NCBI GenBank assembly: GCA_963666215.2
Contig: CAXWPL010000005.1
Coordinates: forward strand, 96,001-160,000
Source: Acidobacteriota bacterium
GTDB taxonomy: Bacteria; Acidobacteriota; UBA890; WLXD01
Direction: 5' to 3'
DNA: 64,000 bases
Position numbers and translations under genes: made by a program. The notes beneath the pieces were generated by a model. That model searched no databases. It worked only from the letters and a program-made list of their open reading frames with translations, and had not been told where the DNA came from. Each line of letters starts with the position of its first letter. Position 1 is the stretch's first letter. This document shows positions 57,764 to 64,000 of the stretch, one piece after another.

Positions 57764-58641
57764 ACAGCCGATCCTATCTGGCGTCGCGGTTTCGCTTTTT
57801 CGACGCCTGCGGGTCTGCGGATCTTGCCCAGCTTGCGCAGCTGATCAATATAGCTGAGCGACCGAGGGATGCGGTCCAAGTGCCCGGCGATGAGGACGCG
57901 GTTGAGCTCGCCGAGTCCCTCGACGGCGCCACTGCTGACCCCGGCAGCGGCGACCTCGGTCGGACGCGCACGCGTCACTCGGCCCACGAGCTCGAGCGTC
58001 TGTGGCCGCACCAGCCGCGCCCCGGCGCCGTTCCCCCGCCCCCTCCTCTGTTGCGCCCCCGCCCGAGATGCTGCGTGCTCTCTTTCGATAGACCCCGCCC
58101 GACAGGAGCTTCCGATGAGCTCCAGGGTGGTCATCGAGATCCACGCCCTCGACCCCAGGGCTCGCCCGCACTCGCCGCAGGTGGCGAGATCGGGGTACAG
58201 CCCTGAAAGTCGCAGTAACCAGGTCTCGAAGTATCGCGCCGAGAGGCTGAGATCGACACCTTCTTCTACGGCATCGAGCACCACCCCCACGAGCCGGTAG
58301 ATCGCGGGTGTCGGATCGACCTCCACCGTGAAGCCCATCAGCAGCTCAGACACGTAGGCCGCGAACGCACCCGGCTCGAGGTCGGCCAGAACCTCGAAGT
58401 AGGACTTCTCGATGTCACACGTCGAGACTCGCCCCAGATCGTCCTTGTCTCGACGGAAGAAAACCAAGTGCGACCGCGTCATCGGCTCGAAAGCGCTGCC
58501 GAAGCGACTCCTGATGCGTCTCGCCGCCTTGGCGACGGCACGCACGCGGCCGAGCTCGAGCGTATAGAACTCGACAATCAGATCGGCTTCGCCGAGCGGA
58601 CGCGTCCGCAGCGCGTATGCCGAAGCGTTTCTGAGCGCCAT
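57760..58641 (-). CDS. recO: DNA repair protein RecO
   Basis: LGEADLIV, VRAVAKAARR..SRFGSAFEP, YFETWLLRLSG, CGECG. Confidence 0.9.
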   Translation of the reverse strand: MALRNASAYALRTRPLGEADLIVEFYTLELGRVRAVAKAARRIRSRFGSAFEPMTRSHLVFFRRDKDDLGRVSTCDIEKSYFEVLADLEPGAFAAYVSELLMGFTVEVDPTPAIYRLVGVVLDAVEEGVDLSLSARYFETWLLRLSGLYPDLATCGECGRALGSRAWISMTTLELIGSSCRAGSIEREHAASRAGAQQRRGRGNGAGARLVRPQTLELVGRVTRARPTEVAAAGVSSGAVEGLGELNRVLIAGHLDRIPRSLSYIDQLRKLGKIRRPAGVEKAKPRRQIGSAV

Positions 58642-58655
58642 CGCAGATCAGAGCG

Positions 58656-60023
58656 TCAGAACAGCAGCGCCCTGGCGATGCTGAAGTAGACCATGATGCC
58701 CAGCACGTCCACCGATGTCGTAACGAACGGGCCTGTAGCGATTGCGGGGTCAACACCGAAGCGGCGCAACGCGATGGGTGTGGAAGCTCCCACGGTCGCC
58801 GCCAACGCCATCGAAGCGATCAGCGACAACGATCCCACGATGCCGATGCGCGGCTGGTCGGGATTCTGCAACGCCGCCACGGCTCCGAGCAGGACGCCGA
58901 AGATGACGCCAAGCGTCAACGAGACGCGGAGCTCACGGAGCACCGTCAGCCCCGCTTGGCCGGCGGCAAGTCGACCGGTAGCCAGCCCACGCACGACGAT
59001 CGTCGCCGCTTGAGTGCCAACGTTGCCTCCCATCCCGAGAATGATCGGAATATAGAGAGCGAGGATGAGGCTCTGCTGCAGCGTGGTCTGAAAGCTGTCG
59101 ATCACCTGGCTCGCCAGAATTCCCCCGATCCAGGCCGCAAACAACCACGGCAGCCGCAGCATGACGTTGCGTCGCAAGGGAGCGCTGAGTACCTCCTCCT
59201 CGTCCTCGCCGACGCCGGCCATGAGGAGGATGTCCTCGGTCTCCTCGTCGCGGATGATGTCGATGATGTCGTCGACCGTAATGATGCCGACGAGCTTGTT
59301 CTCGTCGTCGACAACCGGGACCGCCAGATAGTTGTAGCGCGCCACCAGCCGCGCGACTTCTTCCTGGTCGGTATGAACGTTGACCGACACCATTCGGGTG
59401 GCCATGAAGTCTTTGAGAAGCGTGGTGGGACTGCGAAGAAGCAGGTCGCGCAAGGAGCAAACGCCCACGAGATGACCGCGGTCATCGACCACGTACAGGT
59501 AGAACGCCATCTCGAGGTCTTCGGCGTTGGAACTGCGCAGGGCGTTGATCGCCTCTCCCACCGTCACGCCTTCCGCCAACGCGAAGACGTCGGTGCTCAT
59601 TACGCGGCCAGCGGTCTCTTCCTCGTAGGCGAGGAGATCTTCTACCTGCTCGTTGCCGGCCGCCTCGAGTTGCCTGAGCACCTGCTCGGCGACCTCGGCC
59701 GGTAGAGCCGAAACCAGGCCAGCGGCGTCGTCCGAAGCGAGCCCCGAGAGGATTCGCGCCATCTCGGCCGGAGATCGATCCTCCAGATACCCGAGTGCCT
59801 GCGCCGTTTCCATCTCGGCAAGGACCTCGCCAGCCCGCTTGGGCTCGCGCTCCAGAAGCAGCGAAAAAACGGAGTCCGACTCGCGATCGCTGAGCAGCTC
59901 GAGCAGCCGCACGATGTCGGCCGCGTGCAGCTTGGAGAGCAGGTTGGCGGCACGTGCGAACGCACCACGACGCAGAAGCCGCCGCAGCGGGTCGGTCATT
60001 ACCCCAATACGTTGACGGTGCAC
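58656..60023 (-). CDS. mgtE: Magnesium transporter MgtE
   Basis: MgtE_N, CBS pair (YLYVVDD, GIITVDD), RLPWL, GMGGNVGTQ, DPAIATGPFVTTSVD. Confidence 0.95.
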   Translation of the reverse strand: MHRQRIGVMTDPLRRLLRRGAFARAANLLSKLHAADIVRLLELLSDRESDSVFSLLLEREPKRAGEVLAEMETAQALGYLEDRSPAEMARILSGLASDDAAGLVSALPAEVAEQVLRQLEAAGNEQVEDLLAYEEETAGRVMSTDVFALAEGVTVGEAINALRSSNAEDLEMAFYLYVVDDRGHLVGVCSLRDLLLRSPTTLLKDFMATRMVSVNVHTDQEEVARLVARYNYLAVPVVDDENKLVGIITVDDIIDIIRDEETEDILLMAGVGEDEEEVLSAPLRRNVMLRLPWLFAAWIGGILASQVIDSFQTTLQQSLILALYIPIILGMGGNVGTQAATIVVRGLATGRLAAGQAGLTVLRELRVSLTLGVIFGVLLGAVAALQNPDQPRIGIVGSLSLIASMALAATVGASTPIALRRFGVDPAIATGPFVTTSVDVLGIMVYFSIARALLF

Positions 60024-60076
60024 GAGGAGGCACCTCCTCCGGTCCGGAACTCGCCCGAAAACCGCGCTAACGCTAT

Positions 60077-61549
60077 CTAGTCTCGCGACCGAATCTCGAG
60101 CTCGTCGAGTAGCCGGGGCTGCTCACGCCAGCCGCTGTGCACCTTGACCCATAGATCCAGGTGCACGGGACTGCCAACGAGCTCGCTGATAGCCCTGCGG
60201 GCGGCGCTGCCGACGTTGCGCAGCATGCTGCCGCCCTTCCCAATGACGATGCCCTTCTGCGAGTTCTTGTCGACATAGATCGTAGCGCCGATCACGATCG
60301 CAGATGACCCCCGTGCCGTTTCCTGCTCCTGCCAACGATCGACGATAACGGCGGTCGTGTAGGGAAGCTCGTCCCGCGTGCGGTGCAACAGCTGCTCGCG
60401 GATCAGCTCGGCTGCCATAAAGCGCAGCGAGCGGTCGGTGAGCGCGTCCTCCGGGAAGAGCGACTCCCCCGGCTCCAGGAGGCCGAACAATGAGGTCAGG
60501 AGGGCGTCGCAGTTGTCTCCATCGAGAGCCGAAAGAGGAAAGATCTCCGCGAACTCATGTGCCCGCTGGTAGCGGTCGATAAGCGGCAGGAGCTGTTCCT
60601 TGGCAACTCGATCCACCTTGTTGAGCACAAGCACCACGGGGCACTCGACCGATGCGCAGAGCCCGAGGACGTACTCGACGCCGCGACCAGGCGGCTCGCT
60701 GATGTCGATCATCAACACCACCACGTCAACGTCTTCGAGGGCGTGCCGCGTCATCTCCATCATGCGGCGGTTCATTCGAAAATGAGGCCGGTGCACGCCG
60801 GGCGTGTCGACGAAGACGATCTGCCCCCGCGCTTCGGTGAGCACGCCTCGGATACGGTGGCGAGTCGTCTGTGGCTTGTCGGAAACGATCGACACCTTGT
60901 CGCCGACCAGACGATTGAGCAACGTCGACTTGCCGGCGTTGGGTCGACCAACGAACGCCACCATGCCGCTCTTTCCCTTCGCCGCTCCAGGGACACCCCG
61001 TGACGGTGCGGCAGCTTCGAGCGACGCAGGTTGGTCAGTGGTCGGTCTCAAACCAGAGGTGGCAGCGCCGGCAACGGCTGGCCGGAGCCTGCGTCCCAGC
61101 AACCGAGCGCTCAACCGTCGCTCGAGGCGACGCATCTCTCCGTCGTCGGTCTCGTGATCGAGCCCGAGAAGATGCAGCGTGCCGTGCATGGCGAGCACCA
61201 GTAGCTCGAAGTCGTACGGGTGGCCGAGGTGACGTGCCTGTCGCGCCGCCTGATCGGTACAGATGATGATGTCGCCCCAGTAGCCGTCGGCCTCCGAGAT
61301 CACATCGGGCGGGACAACTTCGTCGGCCTCGGCACTTCCCGAGGACGCGGGGAACGACAACACGTCCGTTGTCGCCGGATCGTCCATGAAGCGCTGGTGG
61401 TAGCCGCTCATCGCACGGTCGTCGACGAAAGCGAACCCCACTCCGCCGCGCTCGACGCCGAGCGCGGTGGCGGCGACGCTACGCACCTGGGCCAGTGCCG
61501 CAGAAGTCGGAATCGGACGCGACTGCAGGTTGCGCAGCGAGATGGTCAA
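60077..61549 (-). CDS. era: YbeY endoribonuclease and GTPase Era in one reading frame (Era portion from about 61051)
   Basis: YbeY: TDVLSFP, GDIIIC, HGTLHLLGLDH. Era: GRPNAGKSTLLN, KPQTTRH, DTPG, NKVD, ELPY, SQKGIVIGKGG. No stop codon between them; TTG start overlaps the pgpH stop. Confidence 0.85.
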   Translation of the reverse strand: MTISLRNLQSRPIPTSAALAQVRSVAATALGVERGGVGFAFVDDRAMSGYHQRFMDDPATTDVLSFPASSGSAEADEVVPPDVISEADGYWGDIIICTDQAARQARHLGHPYDFELLVLAMHGTLHLLGLDHETDDGEMRRLERRLSARLLGRRLRPAVAGAATSGLRPTTDQPASLEAAAPSRGVPGAAKGKSGMVAFVGRPNAGKSTLLNRLVGDKVSIVSDKPQTTRHRIRGVLTEARGQIVFVDTPGVHRPHFRMNRRMMEMTRHALEDVDVVVLMIDISEPPGRGVEYVLGLCASVECPVVLVLNKVDRVAKEQLLPLIDRYQRAHEFAEIFPLSALDGDNCDALLTSLFGLLEPGESLFPEDALTDRSLRFMAAELIREQLLHRTRDELPYTTAVIVDRWQEQETARGSSAIVIGATIYVDKNSQKGIVIGKGGSMLRNVGSAARRAISELVGSPVHLDLWVKVHSGWREQPRLLDELEIRSRD

Positions 61550-63978
61550 ATAGCCGCACCTTCTGGCTGCGGCTCGGCAGGCACGATCTTGGCGTCTTCT
61601 GGGTACTCGATGCGGTGGTGGTGCATCGCGCTCAGCACCTGCTGGAAGGCCTCGCGGATCTGCGCCAGGTCGCCGAGAGTGATGTCGCACTCATCCAGCT
61701 GTCCGTCGTCTAGCACGTCGCGGATGTTCTTCATGATCATGTTGCGGAGTCGGCGCGGGGTTGGGTCGTCGATCAAGCGCGACATCGCCTCAACACCGTC
61801 GGCCAGCATGACCAGCGCCGTCTCTTTGGTCTGCGGTTTCGGGCCAGGGTAGCGGAACTCGTCCTCTTTGACCTCGCCGGTCTCCGGATCGGCCTGCGTC
61901 TTGGCGCGCTCGTAGAAGTACTTCATCAGCCGCGTGCCGTGATGCTGCGGAATCGCATCGATGAGCGGCTGCGGCAGGCGCTCCTCTTCGGCGTAGTCGA
62001 TGCCGTCTTTGACGTGGCGGACGAGGATCAGGGCGCTCATGTGGGGCGAAAGCTTGTCGTGCAGGTTGCGCCCTGCCTTCTGGTTCTCCACGAAGTACTG
62101 AGGCTGCCGCATCTTGCCGATGTCGTGGTAGTAAGCCGCAACGCGGGCAAATAACGGATTGGCACCGATCGCCTCGGCGGCCTTTTCGACCAGGTTGCCG
62201 ATTACGATGCTGTGCTGGTAGGTACCCGGCGCGGTCATGGACAGCTGTTTGAGTAGCGGCAGATTCATGTTCGACAACTCGAGCAGCTTGACGTCCGTCA
62301 AGGTGTTGAAGAGTTGCTCGAGGGCCGGCAACAGCGCCGAGGCCAGCAGCGCCACTTGGATGCCGCCGAACATGGCCAGGCTCATTTGGAACAGCAACTC
62401 GGTCCAGGGCGGCACCGGATCGGCATACAACCCCAGCGCCAGCACCGCGACGACATTGACCGCGCCAATCGTGACGCCGGTGCGCAACATCTCGGTGCGC
62501 TGCGCAAAACGGCTCATCGCGTACACGGCGGCGAAGCTGCTCAGCATCGAAAAAGCCGCAACGCCGACGTCACCTGTCATCACACCCACAAGCACCGTCT
62601 GCAGCGCTGCGTACACCCAGGCGACGTAGCTGTCGGAAAGCAACATGACGAGCAGCGCACCCATCGCGAAGGGGATGGCGAACGGGTACACCTCGGCAAC
62701 GCTGAGCGGCGGCGCGGCAAATGCATTCGATACCGCGGTGCCAACGAAGAGCATCAGTCTGAAGAGCAGCACCGAGCCCACAAGAACCAGCAGAATGAGT
62801 TGGTAGAGTCGACGGACCTTGTGGAATCGCCAACGGCGGCGATGATGTTGCACGAAGCGCCACAGCGACATGACCACCAGCGCGACCAGCAGCGCTACGC
62901 CTGCGACCCGTGTCTGAGTGCCACCGTCGGACCACTGTTCCTCGATCGCCCGCAGCTCGGGCAAGGAGCGCTCGGTGACCGGATCCCCGGCTCGAAGGAT
63001 TGTTCGGCCACGCTTGAGCAGATAGAAAACCTGATCGACGCCGGCGATGGCGTCGAAGCGCCGCTCCTGCGTCTCGTTGCTGTTGTACGTAACGTTGGGC
63101 CTCAACAACGCGGCCAGATGATCGACCACTGAGTCGCGGGCAGGCTGCGGGATCTTCGTGGTCTCGATCACGGCTCGGCGAATGCGTGCGCGCGCCGATT
63201 CCAGATCCAGAAACGCCGACAGATCGTCGACGCGAGTTTCCTCCTGTGTGTCGATGTCGCGCAGCGTCATCGTTCTGGAGCCGCCGAGACTCAGCACCTC
63301 CGTGGTGCCAATCAGCGTTCTCCGAAACAGACTGCGCAGCACGGCCTCGGCGGCGAGCTCGGTTTCGGCCGTGAACCCCTCGTCCCAAAGACGAGGCAGA
63401 AATTCCTCAGGGAGCATCAGACCCGCGACGCTGGTACCGGTCTCACCAAGCTCGCCGCGGGTCTCTTCATCGAGCTCGCTCCATGGAACCGCAGCGTTCC
63501 CCTGCGCGACCGTTGCCAGACGCTCGCGTCCCCAGGCAAAGAGCGTGTTGAGCGAACCGAGCGACGCCCGCCAGGCAAAGGGGTCGAAGTCGTAGATGTT
63601 GTCGACGTTAGCGACGGCCTCGTCGCGCCGACGTTGTGTGGCCTCGGGATCCTCAACGCGCAGCTCGGCCGGCGCGACAATATCGTCGGTCACGATGTCG
63701 CCGACGGCGTAGTTGAAGCCGCGTGATCCCAGGTGCGTCGTCAGCAAGGCGATCAGGCAGAGCCCGGCCAGAACGGACCACAGGTGATCGATTCCCAGGT
63801 AGCGTTCGAAGCGCGCACGGCGACGGCGGCGGCTCGAGGCCTTGGAGCTCTTGGGGGCGATCGTCGAACCGGCCTGGGTCTTCTGGTTCCTCTCGCTCTT
63901 GGAGCTCTTCGGACTCCTCGGCTCCTTCGGGCTGCTCGCGCCCTTTGTGTCAGTCGAACCGTTGTTGCCGCTAGCCAT
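61546..63978 (-). CDS. pgpH: 7TM-HDIG membrane phosphodiesterase (PgpH-like, c-di-AMP phosphodiesterase family)
   Basis: 7TMR-HDED extracytoplasmic region, TM bundle, APGTYQHS, YYHDIGKM, QHHGT, FRYPGPKPQ, MLADGVEA. Confidence 0.88.
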   Translation of the reverse strand: MASGNNGSTDTKGASSPKEPRSPKSSKSERNQKTQAGSTIAPKSSKASSRRRRRARFERYLGIDHLWSVLAGLCLIALLTTHLGSRGFNYAVGDIVTDDIVAPAELRVEDPEATQRRRDEAVANVDNIYDFDPFAWRASLGSLNTLFAWGRERLATVAQGNAAVPWSELDEETRGELGETGTSVAGLMLPEEFLPRLWDEGFTAETELAAEAVLRSLFRRTLIGTTEVLSLGGSRTMTLRDIDTQEETRVDDLSAFLDLESARARIRRAVIETTKIPQPARDSVVDHLAALLRPNVTYNSNETQERRFDAIAGVDQVFYLLKRGRTILRAGDPVTERSLPELRAIEEQWSDGGTQTRVAGVALLVALVVMSLWRFVQHHRRRWRFHKVRRLYQLILLVLVGSVLLFRLMLFVGTAVSNAFAAPPLSVAEVYPFAIPFAMGALLVMLLSDSYVAWVYAALQTVLVGVMTGDVGVAAFSMLSSFAAVYAMSRFAQRTEMLRTGVTIGAVNVVAVLALGLYADPVPPWTELLFQMSLAMFGGIQVALLASALLPALEQLFNTLTDVKLLELSNMNLPLLKQLSMTAPGTYQHSIVIGNLVEKAAEAIGANPLFARVAAYYHDIGKMRQPQYFVENQKAGRNLHDKLSPHMSALILVRHVKDGIDYAEEERLPQPLIDAIPQHHGTRLMKYFYERAKTQADPETGEVKEDEFRYPGPKPQTKETALVMLADGVEAMSRLIDDPTPRRLRNMIMKNIRDVLDDGQLDECDITLGDLAQIREAFQQVLSAMHHHRIEYPEDAKIVPAEPQPEGAAI

Positions 63979-64000
63979 CGCCAGCACGCCCGCGGCTGCC

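Noticed and set aside
771-63132. Many long overlapping ORFs in the track (e.g. 771-1991, 2061-3740, 11232-13013, 23467-24951, 43032-44084)
   Set aside because: Antisense or alternate-frame shadows of recognisable genes, expected at high GC; no motifs of their own.

Overview
GC-rich (roughly two-thirds GC by eye) bacterial chromosome segment, most likely from an Acidobacteriota-like organism (inferred from Acidobacteria-type VWA, TPR, DUF6677 and BNR-glycosidase families; not proven). The left part (about 1-24 kb) is accessory: fcl, ppk2, amidohydrolase, MATE, a large BNR/VPS10 glycosidase, xth, ATP-grasp, nfuA and apt. It contains at least nine gene lesions (internal deletions, fused gene remnants, an amber stop, a frameshift) plus a perfect 108-nt tandem duplication. 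The right part (about 24-64 kb) is mostly intact housekeeping: der, HU/IHF, a leuB-thiolase-hbd-crt-leuA operon, miaA, tonB-exbBD, ald, glutaryl-CoA dehydrogenase, iscS-mnmA, rnc, a divergent pyr cluster with a PyrR attenuator, and mutL-recO-mgtE-era/ybeY-pgpH. Four tRNAs (Arg-CCT, Pro-CGG, Pro-GGG, Gly-CCC) and a probable 6S RNA were read directly from the sequence. I see no CRISPR array, integrase, transposase, prophage or defence system, and I cannot claim a clear-cut new biological system. The best leads are: a leuA/leuB pair flanking an acyl-CoA module with no leuCD; an AT-rich patch inside pyrD; an in-frame YbeY-Era fusion (possibly a 1-nt artefact); the clustered deletion scars; an orphan TonB-ExbBD envelope operon; and a 27-aa basic sORF. 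All product calls come from motif recognition by eye; no database searches were run.
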